Assembly (NCBI GenBank): GCA_910592345.1
Contig: CAJVPI010000174.1
Span: 1 to 46,231, forward strand
Length of the DNA: 46,231 nt
Direction of reading: 5' to 3'
DNA from: Paraglomus brasilianum
Lineage: Eukaryota
The position numbers were made by a program, and so were the translations under genes. This document shows positions 12,959 to 25,573 of the stretch, one piece after another (position 1 is the stretch's first letter; every line of letters starts with the position of its first letter). A model generated the notes under the pieces. That model made no database searches, was not told where the DNA came from, and saw nothing but the letters and a program-made list of their open reading frames with translations.

Positions 12959-15900
12959 ATGTCGAACCTCACAGCTACCTCAGCCACAAATTCAGACGAA
13001 GCCTCGAAAAACCTTGATGATGAGCCCTCGGTAGCAGAGTTAGTACGTAACTTTGATTGGGCGTCTACCCCATTGGGGCCTATGGACAGTTGGCCTCGCT
13101 GGTTGAAATTCGTCACTGTAAGTAAATAAGAGTGAATCAATCATAATGCGTAAATTAGAGAAAGGAATGAACGTTCTTTTTCAATTAATGTCTAGGATTT
13201 GTGTCTCAATACCGTGTATCCCATGGTTTTGTATATTGGGGATGATAGAATTTACATATACAACCAAAGTAAGTATATCATCTAATAATGAAAGACTGAC
13301 CGCTTGCTGTATATCTGATTATTCATATTTCTATATTACTATTAATATTAGTGTTTTTACCACTCATTCAGACCAATCATCCTTGTAAGTATAAATAGTA
13401 TTACATGAATTTATCTTACGCTACGTGTAATAACAAAACTATTGTAGGCATAGGGACGTCGGCGACCTTAACATATCCTGAAGCACGCGATTTTTTAGTG
13501 CCAATATTTGAGAAGTATGTATGATCATATCATCGGGTTAACTACTACCATATTTTACTTTCGCACTTGGATAGTTTCTGACTAGTTACTTGCATTGCAG
13601 AGCTCTTAAAGGAGAAGGCCAATTCATTAAAGATTTCTGCCCGTATTTTATTCGATCGGGTTATAGAGAAGAAGCATACTTTACTTGGACTATCAGCCCA
13701 ATGTATACTGACACTGGGGAAGTAGGAGGATTGATCACCTTGGCGCAAGAAACAACGAAAGATATACTAACTAATAGAAGACTGGAAACATTCAGAGATC
13801 TGGTTAATGGAACGCAAGGCAACTATTTGAGTAGACTCTATATTGTTTAATTCACATCATCGATATTAATCTTACATTTATACACACACAGGAGTGATAT
13901 CTGTTGAAAATTCTTGTCATTTTATTACTGAAATTTTCCGAGGGAATAAAGATCTACCATATGCTATATTTTATCTTGTGGAGAACCAAGAAGGTGGATT
14001 TGAAGACAAACCAAAAAGAGCACGTTTACAAGCCACAACATTCGATAGTGGTCTCGTACGCGCCAAAAGAACTGACGGAAATGAAGAATATATGTATATA
14101 CATGGACAATCAAGCAGAGATATACCTGACTATTTGTTAAAGACGCCTGATGTAATAGTCATGCCTAATTCTGAGGAAGATATTGTCCATTTGGACGCAT
14201 ATTCAACCACTACTGTACCATGGCCAGTAGAACGCGCAATATACAGTGGCGGCGATATAGTTATACGGTTGCCTGATGATTCAACAGCTGTATTATGTCC
14301 AGTGACTTCGATTTTTGGTGGAAAAGACACATTGACAGCCGTGATGATATGTGGCATCAATCAATATAGAGCATTCGATAAAGATTACAAAGAATTTCTC
14401 CAGGTATGATTATTATATGTTTACAAAGTGTTATACATTTTTTTTATTGAAACTTGTTTCTATTTGACGTAGCTCGTCGTTAGCAACGTGAGCTCTGTCT
14501 TTACAAAGGCTCGATTGCGAGAAGAACAACGAAGACAAAAAGATAGGTTGGCCGAATTGGATAGACAAAAAATTGCCTTTTTCGAAAATGTCAGTCACGA
14601 ATTGCGAAGTATGTCTACGTATATATATAATTTTCTTTTTACGTGAACATGTAATACTAAATTATTGCAACTTACAATTATCGCGTAGGTCCCTTGACTC
14701 TTATGCTTTCACCTTTGGAAGAAGCAATAGAGCTATGTCCTAGGAAATCTCCAATATTAAGTAATCTCAAATTAATACAGAACAACAACCGAAGATTACA
14801 TAGTTTAGTGAACAGCTTGTTCCAGGTAAATAATAGACAACCCATGTTATATCGCGTTCTTGATCATAGAGTTTTAACATCTGTTCTAAATCAGTTCGCT
14901 CACATGGAAGCAAACCGACTTCACGCATGGTTTTGCGAAACGCACATGGCAAAGTTAACAGTAGAGTTGGCAGCCAGTTTCGAAAGTATGGCTAAAGCGC
15001 TTGGTCTATATTATAAGCTCGATATCCCTAGTGATGAAGAACTTGTCGGTCAAATGAATCAGAAAATGTTTTTAGATCAAGAAATGTACGAAAAAATACT
15101 ATTTAATCTATGTAAGTGATAAAGTCAAGTAAACTTGTTGTATGACGCTTTATGTTATTTTCCTAACCAAATTGTCATTTTTTAGGTTCGAATGCGTTTA
15201 AATATACATTGACTGGTGGGGTAACTGTTCGGTTATTTGTAGAGAGAAACGGAGATAATGAAGGGGTAGTCCTTGAAATATCCGATACAGGTACTGTCAA
15301 GTATTACAGAATGTTCATTTTATTCTAAGCAACGGTGACAATGACCAGTCATAAATTTTAGGTGTTGGCATCGCGGAAGAACATCTTTCGAGTATCTTCC
15401 AGCGCTTTTACCGCATCGAGTCGCAACATTCACATGTCCACGAAGGTACTGGGATCGGTCTTGCTCTCGTTAAAGAACTCGTCGGACGACATGATGGTGA
15501 AATCTCTGTTAAATCCCAAGTGAATGTTGGCACTACCTTCCGTGTTTGGATTCCTTCCGGATACGATCATCTTCCTCAGCAACAAGTTTACTTTAGAAGC
15601 AACAGAGATAAATCTAAATCTGATGCAGAATATGAAAACCAAATTAACTCGAATATAAACTTGTATTTGTATGAGCGCACGCAGCGTGCAGAGGAATCAG
15701 AGTCTAATCAACTGCCTAAGGAAGTTAATCAACCTAGTCCGATGCAAACCGATAGTGAAAGTTCATCGTCTACATCATCACCAAGACTAGACGAGTGGTC
15801 AGCATTGCATATGGAGCCTAGCTATGTTGAATTTGAGAGTACAAGGAAATATATTCTAGTTGTCGATGATAATAATGATATGAGGTATGTGCATATGAAT

Positions 15901-18900
15901 TTGGTTTTACTTTATTATAACATCTTGATATAAACGTTTGTGGTAATATATTATTAGAAACTATTTGAAAAGTTTTATCGAGAAACAATTTGATTGTATC
16001 TGCGCTGATGATGGCTATGAAGCGCTTAAAATCGTAAACAATTCACAACGGTTGCCCGACCTTATTCTTAGTGGTAAGATTCTGGTTTATTTACTCCCAG
16101 TAAATAGCTGAATGCAATTACAGGACATTTTTTAAGAGCCCTTCTTTGTTCAATAATAGATGTTATGATGCCTAACATGGATGGCTATGAATTACTGAAA
16201 TCACTGCGTGGTAATCCAGCAACACAGACGATTCCGGTTATCTTAATATCAGCTCGATCGGGAGAAGCCAGTATTGAAGGTATGTCATCGTGTGTGAACG
16301 TTCTCTTGTTGAATATTTTTTTAACTTTTTTGTATTTGTAGGATTGGAAAAGGGTGCAGATGATTATATCATCAAACCGTTCAACTCTCGTGAACTTATG
16401 GCTCGTATTCACGTGAATCTTAAACTTTCTCATGTCCGTCGTCAACTAATGGCAGAACAACAGCATCAGCTTGAAATTAAGCAGTTGCTATTTACTATCA
16501 GCAACAAAATTCGTTCTGGTTTTGGAATACAAGAAACTCTTGACACGGCGGTCGCAGAAATAAAGAAGGTTTTAATATGTGATTCTTTATTAATAGTACA
16601 GGATACTTCCGAGGAAGGGAGTATTGACGGTAAAGTTATGGCTGCTTCATTGCTTCCAACGGTTAAAGCAGGGAAGATTGTTGGGTGTATATTCCGTGAT
16701 GATCAGCAACAAACAGAGCCTCCTCTTCATCATTGCGATGGACATATAACACCAGACTCGTTGTTAAGTGATATAAAAGCTTGTTCGGACTGTGAATCAC
16801 AGATTTTAAACCAACGCGTGTCCTTTCTTAGCGCAGCCATTCATTTGAGATCATCACCATGGGGGTGGATAATCGCTTACCGACAACCATATCATAAATG
16901 GACAGAGTCAGAGACAAATTTTCTACAACAGGTCTCAAACCAAATAAGTTTAGCCATTAGCCATGCTACCCTTGTCGAAGAAAAATTAAAACGAGAAGCA
17001 CAAGTAAAGGCCATCGAAGAGACTAATAGAGCCAAGGGCCAAATACTAGCCAACACATCTCACGGTAACGCTAAAAAAAGACAAGTCTTGTTACCTATGC
17101 CAGCCGCCACAGTAATAATTTAATTCTTTTTTTTTTTAATAATCAACAGAACTTCGTAACCTGTTGGGAGCAATTACTGGAGCACTTTCTGCCTTTGAAG
17201 GAACACAGCTTACATATGACCAACAAGACATGGTTGAAGTAATGTCCCGCGCATCCGATGTGGTTATATCCGTAGTAAATGATATTCTGGATGCAGCCAA
17301 ATTGGATGTGCATAAGCTTACATTGATAAACCGCGTCTTTGATTTATGGGCGCTTGTAGAGAAGACCGTGACAACGTTTGGTGAGCGTGTTGGCGCAAAG
17401 GAGCTTGAATTGATTGTTCTATACGACCCAGAGAATCTTTCGAGATACGTAAAGACGGATCCAGAGAGGCTGCAACAAGTGATAATGAATCTGTTATCTA
17501 ACGCGTAAGAATGTGACTTGTTTGGCTATAATCGTAATTAGCTTTTGTGGATACGTTTTCTAACGATCATTAAATTATAGAATCAAATTCACAGATAGTG
17601 GTGAAATTGTACTAAAGCTAACAATAAGAAACGGCGAAGGTATGGCAGTGGATGATAACTTTGACTCGAACAAACTTTTGTGTGTGGAAGTATCTGATAC
17701 TGGCGTTGGGTAAGATGCTACTTTTTTCTCGTCCTTTTTCCATCATTCTTCTTGGCCTTACACCCACGTTTTGTATACTGTGCTGTATCTCATTGTCCAA
17801 TTAATTTAGCATTGACCCGCCGTCGATTAAACACATTTGGGAAAACTTTTCGCAAGGAGATGCTTCGATGACTCGAGGTCGGGATGGAACTGGTCTAGGT
17901 CTCTCTCTATGTAAAAATCTAGTTGAACTAAACGGTGGTGAAATGAAGGTTGATAGTAAAGTTGGTAAAGGAAGTAAATTCTGGTTTACATGGAACATTG
18001 CTTTACCAAAGCTACCATCACAAAATGATAATCCCAGATTGCAAGGTCAGCCGAATCAGGCTAGAAATGTTCTCATAATTGATCCTCTGGAAGCAGCAAG
18101 ATCAGCGTACGCGGCGTTGATTAAGGGGAGTGTTGAAAAAGTATATACGTATGCAAACTATACAAGCGCACTAGAAGCAGCCAGAGAGCATAAGAAGAAG
18201 CATGGCGAGCCTATATGCGATTTGGTATTTTTGAGCGTGAGAAATAGTAACGCTGCAGAAGTTGAGAATACAGCCAAAGAACTTAAGCGTATTTGTGGGA
18301 ACGGGTTATCGATTGTGCTGATGGTGTTTTGGTCAATCGGAGGTTACACGCTTGGGAAGAATATGATTGAGAAAATAGGAACAGATGTTGCGGCTATCTG
18401 TAAGCCAGTGGTGCACAAGTGTATGATGGATTGTATCTCTAATTTCGACAAGTTTTTGGTTAAGCCTGGAGATAAGGATAACCAGGAAATGGGAAAAAAT
18501 AGTTTATCGACATACAGTAAATTCTACAATCATAATCGACCTGCAGTCTGTTATCCGACGAAAAGAGATACAAGTGAACCAGTTATAGTTCAGGGTGTTA
18601 TATCCTCAAAGGGTGAGAACGAGTCCAAGTCTAAAGCTCTTGTTCCAATGAAGAGATCCGCTTCTAGCGAATTGAAGGACCAATCTAGTAATGAAGAAAG
18701 AACAAGCAAGTCAAGCAGAATTGAAAAGCCCAAATGTATTCTCTGCGTGGTAATTTATTTATTATTTCTGCTATTGGCTTTCGGCATCAAATATTTGTTA
18801 GCTAACAAGTTATTATTCATTGTTTAATAACATTAGGATGATAATGCGATCAATCAAAAAGTATGTTGCTAATAATTCCTGCTGTTTAGTATGAATGTTA

Positions 18901-19398
18901 ATGGATTAATCTAATTATTATTTTTCTAGATCGTCAAAACCCAGCTGGATAAATTAGGTTATCGTTATTTAACAGCAGAAAACGGAAAGGAAGCTGTTGA
19001 TTTGGTACAGAAGCAGTATGAAAATAGTCAAGCAAGTAGCATGGATAGCTGTCCGTCGTTAGAGTCCAAACTGGGGATATCGTTGGTTTTGATGGATTGC
19101 GCTATGGTACGCATTGATGGTACACGGTTTGATATTATTAACGATGACGTTCAAGATGTATTTATTAATCTTGGTTTCTATTCTAAATTAGCCTGTTATG
19201 TCAGGGTTTGACGCAACACGAGCAATTAGATCGTTAAGTCCAGAGTTTCAGACGCTTCCAATCGTTGCATTGACTGCAAGCGTAGTGGCAGGGACACGCG
19301 AACAATGTTTAGAGGCAGGTATGAATGACTATTTAACCAAACCACTCAAAATGAAACAATTGAAAGAAATGCTGAATGAGTGGTTGGGTGAGAATTAA
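12959..19398 (+). CDS. Dual hybrid histidine kinase: N-terminal sensor region, HisKA-HATPase, REC, GAF, HisKA-HATPase, degenerate REC, REC
   Basis: Starts MSNLTAT...VRNFDWASTPLGPMDSWP. H-box1 NVSHELRSPL (His 14596), G-boxes DTGVGI and GTGIGLAL, REC1 ILVVDDN...LILSDVMMPNMDG. GAF (LDTAVAEI...FLQQVSNQISLAI). H-box2 NTSHELRNLL (His 17061), NLLSNAIKFT, GTGLGLSL. Terminal REC LCVDDNAINQK...LMDCAMPVMSG...DYLTKP. Many introns, including small exons 13352-13384 and 18837-18860. Confidence 0.93.
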
Positions 19399-19576
19399 TT
19401 TATTATCAAATAAGCGTATATATATACTATGAACTGTAGTCTAAACTATGACTCATGTATTCATTTCAATCAAGAAACCTTATGTAATGTTTGGATTTAT
19501 ATGCGACAGACATATACAACGACCATAACAATTCAGTCTTGTATGCTTTAAGTTAATGCAAATTTGTTTTAGAATA

Positions 19577-19698
19577 CAGTCGAACCTCCATAAAAGAACA
19601 CAGTCGGGACAGCCAAATTATGTTTTATTGTAAAGATGTTCTCTTATAGAGTTTATTTATTTACTAATAAGTTAGATTCTTTATGAGAGGTTCGACTA
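19577..19698. mobile_element. MITE of Tc1/mariner (pogo/Tigger-like) type, about 122 bp
   Basis: Left end CAGTCGAACCTCCATAAAAGAA; right end reverse-complements to TAGTCGAACCTCTCATAAAGAA; flanked by TA at 19575-76 and 19699-700. Confidence 0.8.
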
Positions 19699-19975
19699 TA
19701 TTACATTATACTGGTAATAAATAATAAACGATTTTCTTCATGATGTAATGTAACTTTATGAGGCATCGAGCAATTGTGGCTTTGGTATTGCGAGCATGTT
19801 AAGCGAGGAGATATTCCGGATCACAGTTTTTTTTTGGTGTCCGATTGTCTCAAGTATTGGCAACGAGAATCCATGCCTATTTTTTTAAAACGACTACGCG
19901 ACAAAATATCGCGTGACTTGTACACAGCCTAGCATTTAGCTTTCGTGTCCATAAACGCGTTTTTACTATAATACA

Positions 19976-21353
19976 ATGGATGAACTTGCTAATTTGATAT
20001 TGCGCCCAAGAATAGAAGAGGCAATAAAAAAGTGTATGTAGACACACGCTTAACTACAAAATGCTCAGCATTGGCTTATAAGTATTTTGCTTTAACGAAC
20101 ATTTAGCCGCGTTTGAGACCTTCGCGGACGTGTGTCGTTGCCCGCCAAGTGATCTTTCAGCCATACTGAAATTATCCGAGAATGATACTCAGGAGCTATT
20201 GAAAAGTGTGTCCGAAGAAGTATACAAAACACGGTTACGACCAACAACAGCTCTTCAACTACTCGATACTAATAGACACATCTTATTAACGACCGGTGAC
20301 TCTGTGCTTGACGATATACTCGGCGGTGGAATACTATGTCAAGGGATCACTGAGATTGTAGGTGAGAGGTAAACAGTAGTTTATTTGACTCTCACGGTAG
20401 TGGAGCTGAATATGCATGGTAGAGAACGTTTTTATTAATTCGACGGTAGTTCTGCTGGTAAGACTCAATTATGTCTTCAGCTATGTATGACGGTCCAGTT
20501 ATCACAAGAATACGGCGGGCTTAACGGAGGTCAGTATAATGATATTCACTACACTGATTAGTGTCAATTGTGATTGATTAACCGGGTTTCTTGCTTTATT
20601 TTAGGTGCAGTTTACCTCGCAGCTGATAACCCATTTCCCACATCTCGCTTTTATCAACTCCTATCTACATTCCATCATACGTATCCATTTCTATCTGACC
20701 TCGATCTTGGATCCAACGTACATGTCGCCCGTATCTTGGATCTTTCTTCCCAGTATCATATAATACATTACCAACTTCCGGTGCTGTTGTCTAGATTTAA
20801 CATACGGCTTATTGTAATTGATTCGATAGCCGCAAATTTCCGTAGTGACGAAAGTTTGATGGGTAGCAACTGGCAAGAGAGAGCAAAAAACATATGTGAA
20901 CTGGGAGCTAAATTGAAAGAGTTGAGTGATAGATTTCGAGTCGCAGTTGTTTGCGTTAACCAGGTGTCTGATTCTATTAAGGACGACGACGATTGGAAGG
21001 ATGAGAATTCAAGAGAGAGGGTAGATGTTGATATTCAAAATGAGAATGATCATAATGAGGGGAAAGATGCATGTGAAGATGGGGAGGAGAGACAAAAAGT
21101 TGGCGAACAGTATGTCGGAACGTGCGATTATGACTACCGTCGTTACCAGAGAGTTACAGGGAAAATTCCCGCATTGGGACTTGTGTGGAAAAGCTCTGTA
21201 AATATGAGGATTTTATTAGCGAGAATTGGTTGTGGTCGAAACAGGAAAAGAACAGTTTCGGTTCAGTTGGCTCCTCACGTGCCGATGTCTTATGGAGAGT
21301 TTTACATTGATGCAACAGGGTTTCACGGCATTAGACATAAACATTGTAATTAA
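19976..21353 (+). CDS. XRCC3: RAD51 paralogue XRCC3/Rad57
   Basis: Four exons. LTTGDSVLDDILGGGI...ITEIVGESSAGKTQLCLQLC (Walker A split by an intron), Walker B LIVIDSIAANFR, VVCVNQV, PALGLVW. Confidence 0.85.
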
Positions 21354-23141
21354 GTGATTTTAATGAATTCTCTTTAATATATTTATATGTTTTGGATTCA
21401 TAATTATCAAATGAGCGTTTGTTTCGAACTCATCCAGAGGTACTATTGCACACTGTTAAACTGAATGATTCTTATGATATTTCTCAAGTCTTTCTCTATT
21501 TGTAGGTTTTCATAAAACCTGGATTTGTTATTCATGTCTGAGCATGTTAGTTTTCTTCCATTCATGATTTGTTTACGAGGCCTTAACCAATTTTATGTAT
21601 ATTAATTTTTTTGCCCATAAAATATAATCTCTGATAATTTGTATTAACCAATTGTCGCTCCAATTATTTTACGAGCTTCTTTTCGATGTAATCAGGTTTT
21701 CGTTTATATCCGTGTTTCGAAAACAGTATTTTGTAAAGAATTAAATTTTAACGCGTCGTGTATCACGAGATTAAGATGTCAATAATAATAAACGACAAAG
21801 AGTTTTCTCCCAGAAAACTTCTATCCTAAAACCATTCGATTTGTTCATCATGTGCGCAAAGAGTCTCTAATGGAATCTTGTTTATTCCGCATTGGTCATA
21901 TATCCAATTAGTAATATTTTTTTCACTTTCGATCAACTGTTTATGTAAGAATTAGTTTATGACTATCGTCACATGAGCAACAATCTGTACACATGAATGT
22001 TGTGTCGCTGTCACCGTTCGCTGAGTCGATCGCTCAGATGGCCTTTTATTTGTGCATCGTATGATTGTTGCCAATGAGCAAATTACTCTCAAACATGTGT
22101 TAGTTATCATAAAGTAAAAGATTGGGTAGTAGTGGTAGATTCAATTCATTATATTAAAAATTGATGGAAGCTGAACAACAATATTTGTAGTCAAGAAACG
22201 AGACCGACACTTTTATGCATGTTTTGCTATTCTTCAAATAATCGCCGATTATACTAATACGAATGGACTAATTTAGAATAGTGTATAAAAGTGTGGAATT
22301 TGACCATACCCGATATATGCATAATGCTAGAATAAGAAATGCTCGTGAGTAATGATCGTACAAGCATGATTACGAATCATAGGCTGTACAATTCTTCATG
22401 CCTATTGTATGACACGGATATTGTTGATAAGCTATTGTTAGAATCGTACGATTAAAAGATAGCCAATGGAAAACACAACGATTCAACAACCCCAGATATT
22501 AGCGGCTGACGTTTGTCTATGTGATAATTTTACCAGTGATATTCACAATAACACAAGAGTTTACGCCAATATTCGTTATTGTATTCAATTTACATTGCTG
22601 ATTCCCATACTAGGCGTATGGCTTATTCAGCAATACAAGAATAGTATCCTTTTCATGCATCCCTATTTTTTTGGCCATCAATAAAGTTACTTATCGGGCC
22701 GCATCTTTCCAAAGCAAGATATGATCTTCTTTATATTATTCTGATTATCCCACAGCTCTAACGAGATTCGTGATTCTCACACGATAATACAACTATAACA
22801 TAATAAATATAATATAATATAACGAGCACGCTACATAATAACTTGAACGAGACTGACTGCTAAACATTTTCGGAAAATAGATAATTTCAATGCCAAGTTA
22901 ATTACTTTCTATTTAAAGTTTTCCCTTAAAATGTATATTTAAAAATTCCTTTAATTAAGTGTCACGTTGACTCGGGAATTTCATTATATTTGGAAACGAT
23001 ATGTGACAATCTTTGTCAAATTTGGACTAACGGGTAACAAAATAAACTATGAGTTAACTCTCATACAAGATATTAACAAATACTAGCAACTCACATCTTC
23101 CAACCTAGAATGGTTACACTAAACTATACCAATATTCTCAG

Positions 23142-24740
23142 CTAAAACTCGTATAAATCCGTCTTTCCAGGCAACGAGCCGCAACCGACACTGGCAACTT
23201 TGCCTGCAATTTTCGATTCCGCCTCCCCAGTCCCCTTCTGCTTATTCGGTCCAGTCCTTCTTTCGCTAACCCCCCCCTCTGGTGGAAGATGGAATGTCTC
23301 AATCGAAAACTTCTTCCGCCTTAGTTTAAATCCCAAATTACTGTGGCCACTCCCTAAGAGTATCGATAGTTTTGTCGATGGTGAAACAAGAGAATTTATC
23401 ACCGGAAGTTTATGGACATAGAAGAGACCATGATAATCCTGACTATATGCCGTATCTGCAGTTCCCGGCCTTGCTGCATAGTTGACAGATAAAGCAGTTT
23501 AAATATAAATGATAATAGCAATTAAAAAACAAACAGCTTCTACATACCAGCAAATGAATCTAGTTCTATTACAGCATCAGACATATGCTCAATTCGCCTG
23601 ACAACATCTTGAGAGTCATCCGAATACAAATGAGCAGGCATTGTTATGACGGCGGCTGCATTTGAGGAGCGTAAGAGTCCGCGCAGAGCATGGAAGAATT
23701 TAAACACTTCCTGGATAGAGTAAAGGTTAACACGTCGCTTCATTCGAACAAGGGTTGACCTGCTAGTCAGCTACCCGCGTTTACGTACACCTGGACGTTG
23801 TGGCGGCCATCCTGGAGAATCAATTGATTCAATACAAATCCGAAGTGTATTAACTTGTTCACTCGCGTCAGAAGCTTCTATATTGCTGAAAATGTTATCA
23901 TAATCAACATTCACTTTTACCAATGTCATTCTAAAAAGCAAATGGATAATTGTGTTATACCTTAAGCCCTTCTCTTTCATCATTGTTCTTATTTTCTGAA
24001 GAATTTGGTCATACAATCTTGTGTCACCGCTACCTTCAATGATATTGTTAATGTCTAGCAAAGATAGGGATGCGGCTCCTATAATCGATTCTGGAATTGT
24101 CTTTGTCAGGTCAAAAGTATTACAAAAGGGTCGAGGAGCATCTGTTTTCGAAAGTTGCTTCGACAAAGTCATCGATGGAGTGACTATGGTGCATATAGGA
24201 GAATCAACAACCGTTGCGTTATCGTAACTTGATCAATAACCGATCATGTGTTTACCTTTTCCTGTCGGTACTCCCGACTCGAACCTTCCCAGCCCTTTGT
24301 ATCTCCAAGCAATCGCCATTCGGTCATCCTCATTTTCTTTAGATATTGACTTTTCCTTATCATTCTCATCCTTGTCCTCGCTCAACCACATTAATCCATC
24401 GCATATATTCTCTACGCCATCACCCACAACAAGTAATTCGTTTTCGCTTGCAATACCTTGAGAGATAAAGTATTTCAACAAGAGCTTGGCGTAACCGGTA
24501 AATCTGTCTTCTTTTATGAGAAGAACTGAGCCAATGGGAAGGCCACCACCAAGAATATGTAAGTAAACAAATTAAGGACGATGATGAGGTTAAATGTTGC
24601 CGAAAATCATGATGCTAGAACAGGATATCATCCAAGGAAGGAACGCCTGTTGATACCACCAGCTGTCCGTTATATGGAGACCGTCGAGAGCCTCGTGGAA
24701 CTTTGCGAGTATGTGGTACAATTCGCCTGAACGAACTCAT
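23142..24740 (-). CDS. ELP4: Elongator complex subunit 4
   Basis: Exons 24740-24629, 24558-24256, 24183-23961, 23885-23789, 23710-23548, ~23473-23142. Motifs STGVPSLDDILGGGLPIGS, YAKLLLKYF, MAIAWRY, FCNTFDLTK, FFHALRGLLR, YHGLFYVHKLP, GFKLRRKKFSIETFHLPP. Confidence 0.93.
24559..24628 (-). other. U12-type (minor spliceosome) AT-AC intron, ELP4 intron 1, 70 nt
   Basis: 5' site ATATCCTGTT, branch-site-like GTCCTTAAT ending about 12 nt before the 3' end, 3' end TTAC. Removal restores SLDDILGGG in frame. Confidence 0.88.
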
Positions 24741-25573
24741 TATATATCTTCTCGGTCAATTAATCAACTGGAAAGGGAACAAACGCTTTGAAACTTTTCA
24801 AGTACAAACAGTTACACTGATTTCCTTATATGAGTGTGGCTAAACCAATAGAACCAATGGTTTCCAGCCTCTGGAGTTCAGATTCCGAGTGGCTCACTGT
24901 GGTTGGTATGCGGAGTTCTGAACAAAGCTTCCGCCCAGGATCTCGTTACACGTCGTGCCATTGTTGTCACATATATTGAATTGAAATTTATTTCGATGAT
25001 CCACTTGACAATCTCTAGCAGCAGAGCGTGCGTTTCTGCAAAAGACGACAGTTATTTGAAATAGCCTTTTGTACTATTAGTAACCTTCTAGCCGGCATTT
25101 CATCAATACAAACGAGTTTGAAAGGCATCATTCATTTTTCACACGGGTGGCCTTTGTTTATTTCTCAATAATTGTTATTAATCGACATAATCGTCAAACA
25201 TTAACGTTGGACATTGGCGAAGCGCTAAAACTGGCTAAACACTCTTAGCAAGTTCCTCATTGCAAGAGTATTTGCGCGGTTGGTATAACATTGGAGCAAA
25301 CGTTCACAAGAAATAAATAGAACGGAGAAACGAGTCAGCTGGATTATCCTTTACGGAAACATAACAGCGTAGTTGTGAAGGGAAACCATGAGTCTAAACG
25401 AGGATTGGGGTTACTTGTACGTTGGTTGAAGTCATTTCTTGTTTGCGAATATTGGAGTCGAAAACGTATATAGAATTTTTTTTATTGTGTTGACGCGTTC
25501 ATGGCAACAAATTATTATCTGCGCGTGCTGGAAGGTCTAATTTGGAATGCTTTGTTAATATCTTTTTTTTTCC

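Noticed and set aside
22466..22760. 72-aa ORF containing GTATCCTTT, a perfect U12 donor match near 22644
   Set aside because: No convincing TCCTTAAC branch site or downstream exon, and no recognisable protein.
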